Below are positions 41,103-49,725 of a stretch of 64,000 nt of DNA, piece after piece. The DNA is from Candidatus Xenobia bacterium. GTDB lineage: Bacteria > Vulcanimicrobiota > Xenobia > Xenobiales > QWHO01. Each line of letters begins with the position of its first letter. The stretch's first letter is position 1. The notes under the pieces are model-generated. The model was not told the origin of the DNA. It saw only the letters and a list, made by a program, of their open reading frames with translations, and made no database searches. The DNA is taken from contig BTUM01000029.1 of assembly GCA_045863235.1 (NCBI GenBank), positions 17,803-81,802 on the forward strand. Direction: 5' to 3'. The position numbers and the translations under genes were made by a program.

Positions 41103-41897
41103 GTGCGGATTCTATTGACGCTCTGTCTTGCGGCAACTCTAACGGTGAGCGCGACCGCCCAGGGTCCCTGCGGCCCTTGCGGACCCTGTGGGCCGTCGGG
41201 CCCGAGCGGTGGCGTGACCACTCCAGGTCCGATGCTCGGACCCGGCGATCGAAGCATGAACGACGGAGACCGCGATTCCGGCCCCGGGTCACGCATTCGC
41301 AGTCAGAAAGACCTTGATCAGTACATTCAAGATGAGTACGGAGGCGACTACACTCGGGCTGGCAATGATCCACGGGTTAAGGACTACTTCAATGGTCTCC
41401 AGGGCGAAGAGCGATACATCCTGCAAGACAGGCTGAGCGCCAATCACGACTACGCGAACCCCAAGGACCCGAGCATGCAGCGAATCACGGGCACCGCTTC
41501 CAACGACTATTACTGCCACGATTTTGCCTGGCGCCAGGGGGACAAGTCTCCTCCCGAGGGGGGACACCTCGACCCGAACCCGATCCTGGCCGACCCCGGA
41601 ACGTACGGCTATACCCGTGTCACCACCCCTCAGGCAGGGGACATCGTGATCTACCATCAAACAAGCACCTCGGTGGCCGACCATTCCGGCCTGGTTGTCC
41701 GCGTCAGCGACGGCAATGTGCACATGATCAGCAAGGACGTCAAGAACTCGCTCTTCCGCCACACCCTGGACAGCCCCAACAACTATTTCCGAGGCGCTTA
41801 TGGTGCCCAGGGGATCACGATTCTGCGCCCTGGCCCCTACGCGGTTCCCCCCGGGACAGCGGGCAACCCGCCCAGGCCGGCCGTCTCAGGTCCTTAA
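41103..41897 (+). CDS. Secreted protein with a papain/NlpC-P60-like Cys-His domain
   Basis: Signal peptide; 'YYCHDFAW', 'PQAGDIVIY', 'DHSGLV', 'ISK'; GPC repeats after the signal. Confidence 0.55.
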   Translation: MRILLTLCLAATLTVSATAQGPCGPCGPCGPSGPSGGVTTPGPMLGPGDRSMNDGDRDSGPGSRIRSQKDLDQYIQDEYGGDYTRAGNDPRVKDYFNGLQGEERYILQDRLSANHDYANPKDPSMQRITGTASNDYYCHDFAWRQGDKSPPEGGHLDPNPILADPGTYGYTRVTTPQAGDIVIYHQTSTSVADHSGLVVRVSDGNVHMISKDVKNSLFRHTLDSPNNYFRGAYGAQGITILRPGPYAVPPGTAGNPPRPAVSGP

Positions 41898-42038
41898 TCA
41901 GGACCCTCGGCTTGACAGTTCCGCGCGCGGTTCCGTGCGCTGCAGAATCGGCTTGAACGTTCCAGCTGGGCGCGTTATCAGGGGCTGATGCAAAACCGAT
42001 TGTGTAGGGCATCAGCCTGAAAAGCCCTGGGCGCGTTA

Positions 42039-42662
42039 TCAGGGCGCGCCAGTGGCAGCCCAGGAGCAGATGGGGCACTCCTGTGGCCTGTGTCGCAGCG
42101 CCGGGCAGTATTGCCGCCCGAAGTAGATGATCTGCAGGTGCAGCTTGTTCCAGGCCTTCCGAGGAAAATGGCGCTTGAGGTCGCGCTCGGTCTCGGCCAC
42201 GTTCTTCCCGCTGGAAAGGCCCCAGCGCCGGGCCAACCGGTGGATGTGGGTATCCACCGGGAAGGCAGGCTCGCCGAAAGCCTGGGCCATCACCACCGAG
42301 GCCGTCTTGTGGCCGACTCCGGGCAGGGCCTCCAGCTCCTCGAAGCTGCGCGGCACCTGACCCTGGTGGCGCTCCACCAGGAGATGACTCAGGGCTTTGA
42401 GGTTGCGCGCCTTGGAGGGGGCCAGGCCGATGGCCCGGATCAACTGGCGAATCTCCTCCTCCTCCAGCTCGGCCATGGCCTGCGGGGTACAGGCGCGAGC
42501 GAACAGGGCCGGGGTGACCTGGTTGACCTTCTTGTCGGTCGTCTGGGCGCTCAAGAGGACGGCCACCAGCAGCGTAAACGGGTCCTGATGGGCCAGGGGA
42601 ATGTCCACGGTGGGATAAAGCTCGTCCAGGATGGCCTGAATGCGAGCCGGCTTCTTACGCAC
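42039..42662 (-). CDS. nth: Endonuclease III
   Basis: 'LLSAQTTD', HhH 'LPGVGHKTA', 'VDTHIHR', Fe-S Cys region. Confidence 0.95.
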   Translation of the reverse strand: MRKKPARIQAILDELYPTVDIPLAHQDPFTLLVAVLLSAQTTDKKVNQVTPALFARACTPQAMAELEEEEIRQLIRAIGLAPSKARNLKALSHLLVERHQGQVPRSFEELEALPGVGHKTASVVMAQAFGEPAFPVDTHIHRLARRWGLSSGKNVAETERDLKRHFPRKAWNKLHLQIIYFGRQYCPALRHRPQECPICSWAATGAP

Positions 42663-44151
42663 GACCGTAAGTGCGCGCGAGATCGAGCAAGAACTGCTCG
42701 TGCTCGGGCTTGATGGCCCCCTCGTCGTAGCGCCAGAGCCAGTTGTCGTGGCGGCGGCCGGGGAAGTTCATGCGAGCCTCGGTGCCCACCTCCAGCACGT
42801 CCTGCAGGGGCACCACCACCATCGAGGCCACGCTGGCGAACACACCGCGAATCAGGGTGTGGGCCACCCGTAAGCCGTCGGTGTTGAAGTAGCGCCGGAA
42901 GTAATCCTTCTGACCTTCGTCAGCGGTCTCGTACCAACCCTGGCTGGTATCATTGTCGTGGGTGCCGGTGTAGGCCACGCAATGGCTGTTATAGTTGTGG
43001 GGCAGGAACTTGTCATGGGCATCCGAGCCAAAGGCAAACTGGAGCACCTTCATCCCCGGAAAGCCGGTGGCCTCGACCAGCTTGAGGACGTCCGGGGTGA
43101 TCAGCCCGAGGTCCTCGGCGATGATGGGCAGATCTCCCAGCACCTTCTTGACCCGGCGGAACAACTCCAGCCCGGGCGCCTTGACCCAACGGCCCTGACG
43201 GGCGTTCTTGGCCTTGCCGCTGACCTCGTAATAGGCGGCGAAACCGCGGAAATGGTCCACGCGCACGATGTCGTAGAGCCGGAAGGCAGCCTGGATCCGG
43301 GCCAGCCACCACAGAAAGCCATCCTGCTTCATCTCCTTCCAGCGGTAGAGGGGGTTGCCCCAGAGCTGTCCATCGGGTGAGAAGTAATCGGGCGGTACGC
43401 CGGCCTGGACGCTGGGCCGCTTGTCCTTATCCAGATGAAAGGCGTGCGGCGCCACCCAGGTGTCGGCGCTGTCCATGGCAACAAAGATAGGAATGTCGCC
43501 GATCACCCGGATGCCCTTGCCGTTGGCATAACTGCGCAGATGCTGCCAGCCACGCTCGAAGAGCCACTGGATGAAGCGGTGTCCGTGCACCAGCTCGGCC
43601 TGCTGGTGGCGGGCCCGGGCCAGGGCCTCGGGATGCCGGTCACGCAATTCGACCGGCCATTCGTTCCAGGCCTTGCCCCCCTGCACGTGCTTGAGGGCCA
43701 TGAACAGGGCAAAGTCATCCAGCCAGTCGGGCCCGTGCTGACTGCAAAAGTGGTGAAAGTCCGCCTTCTGGGAGGGATTGGCCCGACGTTCGAACTCCCC
43801 CGCCGCTTTGAGCAGCAAAGGGAGCTTCCACTCATACATCTGGCAATAGTCGACCCCCCTGGGCAGGAACTGAGGATGGCCATCGAGAGCGGCGGCATCG
43901 AGCAGACCTTCCTCTACCAGGGTCTCCAGAGGCACCAGGTACGGGTTCCCCGCAAAGGAGCTGAAACTCTGATAGGGACTGTCACCATAGCTGGTGGGGC
44001 CCATGGGCAGGACCTGCCACAGCTTCTGACCGGCCCGAGCCAGGAAGTCGACGAACTCGTAGGCGACCTTGTTGAAAGAGCCGATCCCATAGGGGCCGGG
44101 GAAGGAGGTTGGATGCAGCAGAATGCCACTGCAACGGGGAAACTCAGCCAT
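42655..44151 (-). CDS. malQ: 4-alpha-glucanotransferase (amylomaltase, GH77)
   Basis: 'GILLHPTS.PG', 'GVPPDYFS..GQLWGNP', 'RVDHFRGF', 'AEDLG', 'YTGTHDN'. Confidence 0.96.
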   Translation of the reverse strand: MAEFPRCSGILLHPTSFPGPYGIGSFNKVAYEFVDFLARAGQKLWQVLPMGPTSYGDSPYQSFSSFAGNPYLVPLETLVEEGLLDAAALDGHPQFLPRGVDYCQMYEWKLPLLLKAAGEFERRANPSQKADFHHFCSQHGPDWLDDFALFMALKHVQGGKAWNEWPVELRDRHPEALARARHQQAELVHGHRFIQWLFERGWQHLRSYANGKGIRVIGDIPIFVAMDSADTWVAPHAFHLDKDKRPSVQAGVPPDYFSPDGQLWGNPLYRWKEMKQDGFLWWLARIQAAFRLYDIVRVDHFRGFAAYYEVSGKAKNARQGRWVKAPGLELFRRVKKVLGDLPIIAEDLGLITPDVLKLVEATGFPGMKVLQFAFGSDAHDKFLPHNYNSHCVAYTGTHDNDTSQGWYETADEGQKDYFRRYFNTDGLRVAHTLIRGVFASVASMVVVPLQDVLEVGTEARMNFPGRRHDNWLWRYDEGAIKPEHEQFLLDLARTYGRA

Positions 44152-44296
44152 GAGGTCGGGGTTTATCGAGCGGAGGGGAATCCCCTCTCGGTGTCAAGTT
44201 AACATCCTGTCAATCTCCACGTAACGACCGCGCCGCCCCTTGCGCCTAGGATGCCTCAAAGCAACATACAAACCTGATGATTCAAGGGGGAGCTCC

Positions 44297-45394
44297 ATGA
44301 GCACCGTTATCGTAAATTCCTCTCTGGCCAACATGGCCCCGCCCCGCGCCCGACTCGTGGCGCCTCAGGCGCAGCGCGCTTCGGGCAGCGCCGATCAGGT
44401 CCAACTGAGCGGCCTCAAGGCCTCCGAGGAGAAGCCGACCGACCGGAGCACCTCGGTATCGACGCGGGTCCTGGCCGGAATGGGCCTGGCTCTGGCCATG
44501 GGTGGCGCCCTGGCCGCCTGCACCGGTGCCGTCGCCGCCCCCGTGGCTCCTCCGCCCCCTCCGGCGATCACCCAGACCGTGCAGCAGGTCGGCATCCAGC
44601 CCATTTCGCCGCAGCATCAGGAGCTGATGAAAGAGGTGGCCGCGCCGAGCCTGACCGACAACCTGACCGCCAACCAGGTCCGCAACCGCTACGGGTCGGG
44701 CGTGGAGGATGCCATGGCCGAGGCCACTACCTTCCAGGAGATGCACACCCGGCTCAGCACCGTGGGCGAGAAGCTTCAGAGCTATGCCGATCAGCGGCCC
44801 GATGGCGGAAGCTTCGTCGACAACGGCAGTATCATCGGGGTGGAGAAGGACTCGGGCCGGACCACGGTCACCGTGCAAATGCCCGACTCGTCCGTGCAAG
44901 AAAGCGTGCGCAGCCGCTTCAGCCACACCGTGCGCGAGCGCGACTCGCGCGGCAACGTGGTCACCATGGAAGAGACTGCCCGCTTCGTCAAGATCACCGA
45001 GGACGGAGTCACCCGCACTTACCAGCGCCAGAGCGGCGACTTCGAAGTCGTCAGCGAGCAGGGGCCCCGCCTGCAGACCCGTCTGACCATCGACGGGGCT
45101 TCCATCCGCCAGGAGGTCAAGCAGACCATCTCGGGCTTCGCCGGCGACGTGATCGTGACCCGCACCACCAACTACGACGTGCCGGAGACCTCCATCATGG
45201 TCTACCCGCGGGTGCTGGTCACCGAGACCACCACGACCACCACGCAAGACGTGGAGTTCGGCGGTATCAATCGGGAGAGCATCAAGACCGAGGTCTACGA
45301 TAATGGGAGCAGCCGCACCATTCGCAAGGGCGGGGACGGCAAAGAGCAGATCCAGGAGGAAGGCCCGGCCATCTTGATCGCCGGCGGTCGCTGA
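44297..45394 (+). CDS. Hypothetical protein: low-complexity leader, internal hydrophobic helix, beta-rich C-terminus
   Basis: GGGGAG RBS; hydrophobic segment ending LAAC about 75 aa in. Confidence 0.6.
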   Translation: MSTVIVNSSLANMAPPRARLVAPQAQRASGSADQVQLSGLKASEEKPTDRSTSVSTRVLAGMGLALAMGGALAACTGAVAAPVAPPPPPAITQTVQQVGIQPISPQHQELMKEVAAPSLTDNLTANQVRNRYGSGVEDAMAEATTFQEMHTRLSTVGEKLQSYADQRPDGGSFVDNGSIIGVEKDSGRTTVTVQMPDSSVQESVRSRFSHTVRERDSRGNVVTMEETARFVKITEDGVTRTYQRQSGDFEVVSEQGPRLQTRLTIDGASIRQEVKQTISGFAGDVIVTRTTNYDVPETSIMVYPRVLVTETTTTTTQDVEFGGINRESIKTEVYDNGSSRTIRKGGDGKEQIQEEGPAILIAGGR

Positions 45395-45416
45395 GCCTGA
45401 GCCCTTCCAGGCTCCC

Positions 45417-45442
45417 GAAAGCCCGTCCTCGGACGGGCTTTC
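45417..45442 (+). terminator. Intrinsic terminator-like hairpin
   Basis: GAAAGCCCGTCC-TC-GGACGGGCTTTC. Confidence 0.7.
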
Positions 45443-45467
45443 TTGCTGAAGCGGCGAAATCAGAAAG

Positions 45468-46898
45468 GTGAAGGTCTTTCAGCTCGACCTCCGCTCGCTG
45501 GCGCTGCTCCGGGTATCCCTCGGCTTTCTGGTGTTGCTCGATACCCTCTTGCGCGCTCGCGACCTCGAGGCTTTCTACACCGACAACGGACTCTTGCCGC
45601 GGGCCGACCTGGTGGAGCGTCCCTGGGGGGACCCCTGGCTCTGCCTGCACCTGGGGGCCGGCGGGGTGGTGGGCCAGGCGGTCCTCTTTCTCCTGACCGC
45701 CTTCTGCGCCGTCCAACTGATGCGTGGCTGGCGCACCCGGCTGATGATCTTCGCTTGCTGGTTGTCGCTCAACTCGCTCTACCAGCGCAACCCCCTGGTC
45801 AACGACCGGGGTGATCTCGAGCTCATCCTGGTCTTGTTTTGGAGCTTTTTCCTGCCGCTCGGGGCACGCTGGTCGGCGGACGCGCGACGGCACGGCTCCC
45901 CGGCTGAGCCAGCCTGCACGTCGCTGGCCTCGGCTGCCCTGGTGCTGCAGTTTGCGCAAATCTACCTGTTTGCGGCTCTGCTCAAGAACGGGCTTCCCTG
46001 GTTGCGCGGCGACGCGCTGCTCCTGTCTTGCCGCAGCGCCCTCTTTTGCACCCCCCTGAGCCAGAAGCTGGCCGAGTATCCAGAGCTGCTCCAGGCCTTG
46101 ACCCACCCGGTCATCGCTCTGGAGCTCTTGATCCCCTGCCTGCTCCTCTTTCCCTGGGCCAACGGTCCCATCCGCAGCCTGGGGGTCCTGCTGCTCGTCG
46201 TCTTTCACGGCCTGGTGGCAGCGCTCTTTCAGCTGGGCCTGTTTCCCCTGATCGGGGGGCTACTTCCCATCGGCCTTCTGCCCACCTGGTTCTGGGAAGG
46301 CCCCGGCCGCGGGCTGGACCGACGCTTGAGCGCCTGGCTGGTGGCGCCCACCTCGACTGCCCGGACCCTGCCCCGCTGGCAGTCGCTGCTGGTGGGCATC
46401 AGCCTGCTCTATACCATCGCCTGCAATCTCTTTCAGGTCAGCGAGCCGTCACCCCGACACATCCCCCCTGGCTTGCGCGATTTCGGTCGGGTTCTGCGCC
46501 TCGAGCAGCACTGGGATCTCTTCTCCCCGCTGCCGCCCTACGACGGCTGGTTCATCTTGAAGGGAGAGACCCCGGACGGCCCGTTGGATCTCTTGCGCGA
46601 CCGCCCTCTCGAGGTATCCAGGCCGGCCGACCCCTCGGCCATATTCCCCAACCACCGCTGGCGCATGCTGATGATCAGCCTGCTCTTTCCCCCCGGAGAG
46701 CCCTTCCGGGGAAATTTCGCAAGCTACCAGGCAGGCCTGTGGAAGGCCCGCCACCCCGGGTCCAATCTGGGGAGAATTCAATTCCTCTTTGTGGTCCAAC
46801 TGGTCGACGACCAGGGGAACCAACAGGATCCCTCGACGTGGATCCTCTGGGATAGCGGCTCCCAAAATCTTTCTGTACCGAATACAACAAAATCCTGA
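45468..46898 (+). CDS. HTTM domain membrane protein (SdpB/vitamin K-dependent carboxylase-like)
   Basis: 'DLRSLALLR..LG', 'AFYTDNGLLPR', 'RNP.V..RGD', 'FLPLGARWS.D', 'Q.W.LFSP.P..DGWF', 'PNHRWR'. Confidence 0.85.
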   Translation: MKVFQLDLRSLALLRVSLGFLVLLDTLLRARDLEAFYTDNGLLPRADLVERPWGDPWLCLHLGAGGVVGQAVLFLLTAFCAVQLMRGWRTRLMIFACWLSLNSLYQRNPLVNDRGDLELILVLFWSFFLPLGARWSADARRHGSPAEPACTSLASAALVLQFAQIYLFAALLKNGLPWLRGDALLLSCRSALFCTPLSQKLAEYPELLQALTHPVIALELLIPCLLLFPWANGPIRSLGVLLLVVFHGLVAALFQLGLFPLIGGLLPIGLLPTWFWEGPGRGLDRRLSAWLVAPTSTARTLPRWQSLLVGISLLYTIACNLFQVSEPSPRHIPPGLRDFGRVLRLEQHWDLFSPLPPYDGWFILKGETPDGPLDLLRDRPLEVSRPADPSAIFPNHRWRMLMISLLFPPGEPFRGNFASYQAGLWKARHPGSNLGRIQFLFVVQLVDDQGNQQDPSTWILWDSGSQNLSVPNTTKS

Positions 46899-46987
46899 AA
46901 GGGATTGAGGACGCCACTCAGAATTCTTTCAATGAGTCGGATTGTTTAGTAGACTCATTGTGGGGGACAGAAGAGGAGCCGGCCTCA

Positions 46988-48568
46988 ATGAGCATTGGGC
47001 TAAAGCGAGTGCAGAGCTTCTGTCGTAGTCGGCGAGGGTTCGGGTTGGTGGTCGTGCTGGGCGTAGCTGCGGTGCTGGCCATCTTCACCGGAGCCATCGG
47101 GGCCAACGCGGCCATGAACCTGCGCAGCGTCACCCGCCAGAGCAAGGTCGATCAGGCCCACTACGCCGCCTACACAGGCGTCCAGATCTCGATGAGCTGC
47201 ATCAAGGAGCCCCCGGTCGACCCTGTCACCGGGGTGGTCATTCCCTGGCTCGAGACCGATCCCAGCATCATCGTCCAGCTACGCGACAACGTCAGCTGCA
47301 CGGCCCGCACCTATCACAACATCGAGGGATTGAACGGGCGCTTGAATACCGCCGATGACGGCACCAACATCCCCCCCAACTGCTTCTACATCGTTTCGGT
47401 GGGCTCGGTGAGCCAGACCGTCAGCGCCAGCAGTTCCTCGATGGGTGCCATCGTGGCTCCCCTCTTCCCGGTGATCGACCACGCGGTCTTCGGCAGCTCG
47501 CTGGTGCAGGTCAACGGACTGGTCGACCACTTCGACTCGGCTGCCCTGCCCCCCGCCATCAACCCGGCTTGCACGATTCCCGGGGCGCCGGTGGGCACCA
47601 ACGCCACCGCGGCCGCCAGCTTGCAGGTCGGAGCTGCAGCCCACATCGACGGCAATCTCCACCTGGGCGCGGGCGCCCCGACCACCGAAGCCGACGCGCT
47701 GACGGCCCTTCTGGCTGGCGGGCTGGGGACTGGCACCTCGACCGTGTTGGGCACCCCCAAGGCGATGCCCAACGCCGTTCGCCCCGATACCGCCACGGCT
47801 CTGGTCCCTTCCAGCGGCGGCTTTACCCTGGACGGGGGGCGCAGCTACTACGTAGCAGGCGACATGGTGCTGGACAACGCCCAGATTCAAATCAACGGCT
47901 CGGGCAATGCCGTGCTGTTCGTGAATGGGAACATCACCATTACCAACAGCCCCAACCTGACCCCTCCCCAGCGCCCCGAGCGGCTCAAGATCTTCTGCCT
48001 CGACCCGGCGGGCACGTTCTCGATGACCGGCAGCACGGGCTACTTCGTGCTGGCCGGCAACGGCAACTTCCAGGCCATGATCGGCTCGAGCACGCCGCCG
48101 GGCGCGGGACTGTTGGACAGCCAGCTCTACGGCGCCGTCCTGGCCGACTCGGTGACCGTCAATGAGGGCAGCGCGGTGCACTTTGACGTGGCCCTGGCTG
48201 ACCCGGCCCGGGTGGGCAGCGTGGGCGATTTCTTCATTATCAGCATGACCAGCTCGGGCGGCCAGATTCTGCCCCAAAACGTGCTGACCGCTCCGCCCGC
48301 GGGTGGTCCTCTCGGGGCCACGGGCACAGCCGGCGGAACCGGCACCGCCACCGGAACAGCGGCCGGCACCACCACCGGAGCAGCGGCCGGCACCACCACC
48401 GGAACAGCTGCCGGCACCACCACCGGCACGGCGGCCGGCACCACCACCGGCACAGCGGCCGGAACGACCACCGGGACGACGTCCGGAACCACCACCGGGA
48501 CGACGGGCACGGCTACCGGCGGCTGCGGCTGTGGCTGCGGTGGCGGCAGCATGATGATGAGCGAGTAA
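46988..48568 (+). CDS. PilX-like minor pilin/pilus-tip protein with a Thr/Gly repeat and Cys-rich tail
   Basis: Class III-like signal RRG|FGLVVVL, PilX-type 'QAHYAAYTG', beta-rich core, tail (GTAAGTTT)n-GGCGCGCGGGSMMMSE. Confidence 0.7.
   Translation: MSIGLKRVQSFCRSRRGFGLVVVLGVAAVLAIFTGAIGANAAMNLRSVTRQSKVDQAHYAAYTGVQISMSCIKEPPVDPVTGVVIPWLETDPSIIVQLRDNVSCTARTYHNIEGLNGRLNTADDGTNIPPNCFYIVSVGSVSQTVSASSSSMGAIVAPLFPVIDHAVFGSSLVQVNGLVDHFDSAALPPAINPACTIPGAPVGTNATAAASLQVGAAAHIDGNLHLGAGAPTTEADALTALLAGGLGTGTSTVLGTPKAMPNAVRPDTATALVPSSGGFTLDGGRSYYVAGDMVLDNAQIQINGSGNAVLFVNGNITITNSPNLTPPQRPERLKIFCLDPAGTFSMTGSTGYFVLAGNGNFQAMIGSSTPPGAGLLDSQLYGAVLADSVTVNEGSAVHFDVALADPARVGSVGDFFIISMTSSGGQILPQNVLTAPPAGGPLGATGTAGGTGTATGTAAGTTTGAAAGTTTGTAAGTTTGTAAGTTTGTAAGTTTGTTSGTTTGTTGTATGGCGCGCGGGSMMMSE
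48353..48496 (+). repeat. Six in-frame 24-bp repeats encoding GT(A/T)(A/S)GTTT-type units
   Basis: GGAACAGCGGCCGGCACCACCACC and variants. Confidence 0.9.
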
Positions 48569-48574
48569 GAAGGC

Positions 48575-49030
48575 TTGAGGCTGCGCGGCGGGCACAGTCT
48601 GCTAGAGGCCATCGTGGCGGCCTCGATTTTTGCGGTGGTCGCCCTGGCCCTGACCGGGGTCTGGGCCATGTACTACTCCGCCCTGGGCAAGTCCGCCAAC
48701 ACCCTGGCCGCCAATCACCTGGCCCGCACCGTGGTCGAGGGCGCGCTGGCCCAGGGCTACGACTGGATCGTCACCCAGGGCTCTCAGACAGGACTGGTGT
48801 ATAACCTGGAGCGCCGGGTGCGAGGTCGAGTGGCCGATTGCCAGTTCAGCGTGGATACGGTGGCCGTAACCAATGTCGGTCGAAGCCTGATGCCCATGCT
48901 GCCCGAAGAGGTGTGCAAGTTCACCGTGACCGTCAAGTGGAAGGACGACCGGGGCAACCAGATCGACCCGGCCGGCTTCAACAACCAGGTAACCTACTCC
49001 ACCTGGGTCTATCGCGGGGCTCAGCAGTGA
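48575..49030 (+). CDS. PilV-like minor pilin with prepilin N-terminal motif
   Basis: 'RGG|HSLLEAIVA' (E at +5), hydrophobic helix, 'VTVKW'. Confidence 0.8.
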   Translation: MRLRGGHSLLEAIVAASIFAVVALALTGVWAMYYSALGKSANTLAANHLARTVVEGALAQGYDWIVTQGSQTGLVYNLERRVRGRVADCQFSVDTVAVTNVGRSLMPMLPEEVCKFTVTVKWKDDRGNQIDPAGFNNQVTYSTWVYRGAQQ

Positions 49031-49719
49031 GACGACGCGGACTGAGCTTGATGGAGACCATGGTGGCCGTGTTCATCATGGGCATCGTGGTCTGGGGGGC
49101 CTACGAGATCTTTCGAGAGGGCATCCAGTACTACCGCACCAACAACCGCGCCAGCAACGCCCAGGCCGACTGCCTGAATCTCCTCAGCAAGATGAGCCTG
49201 CAGATGTCCAGTGCCAAGCATGACCTTGTGCGCCACTACGATACCGGCGCCGTGGTGCCCGGAGTGGTCTTCGCCACCTCCCTGGCAGACGATGGCCGGG
49301 CCCACTATGACGAGCCCAACGGCAACAAGGTCTTCTGGCAGAAGCTGATCTGCTTTTACCTCGACACCAGCACAGGCAAGGTGTACCGCAAGGAGCAGGC
49401 GCTCCCCAACTCGGGCTCGATGCCCGGCGAGACCGGCACCAGCGATACCACCACCGTCGACGCCGAGCTGGCCAGTTGCACCACCAACTACTTTGCTGCC
49501 CTGAACACCAATCGCACCACTCTGGTGGCTCAGGACATCCGCTCGCTGAAGGTTAGCCTCTACGACCCGAGCACCGGCATGGTGCCGGGAGCCGGCGGAG
49601 CGGGCGGTGCCGGAGGCAAGCAGGCTTACGACATCGTGGTGGAAGCCGGCAATCCAACCGACATCGGACCCATGGGCTATTTCATCAAGCTCAATTCCCG
49701 AGTCTCCCCTCGAGGCTGA
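49027..49719 (+). CDS. PilW/PulJ-like minor pilin with prepilin N-terminal motif
   Basis: GTG start overlapping the previous stop; 'RRRG|LSLMETMVA'; ends 'VSPRG'. Confidence 0.8.
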   Translation: MRRRGLSLMETMVAVFIMGIVVWGAYEIFREGIQYYRTNNRASNAQADCLNLLSKMSLQMSSAKHDLVRHYDTGAVVPGVVFATSLADDGRAHYDEPNGNKVFWQKLICFYLDTSTGKVYRKEQALPNSGSMPGETGTSDTTTVDAELASCTTNYFAALNTNRTTLVAQDIRSLKVSLYDPSTGMVPGAGGAGGAGGKQAYDIVVEAGNPTDIGPMGYFIKLNSRVSPRG

Positions 49720-49725
49720 ATCCCG

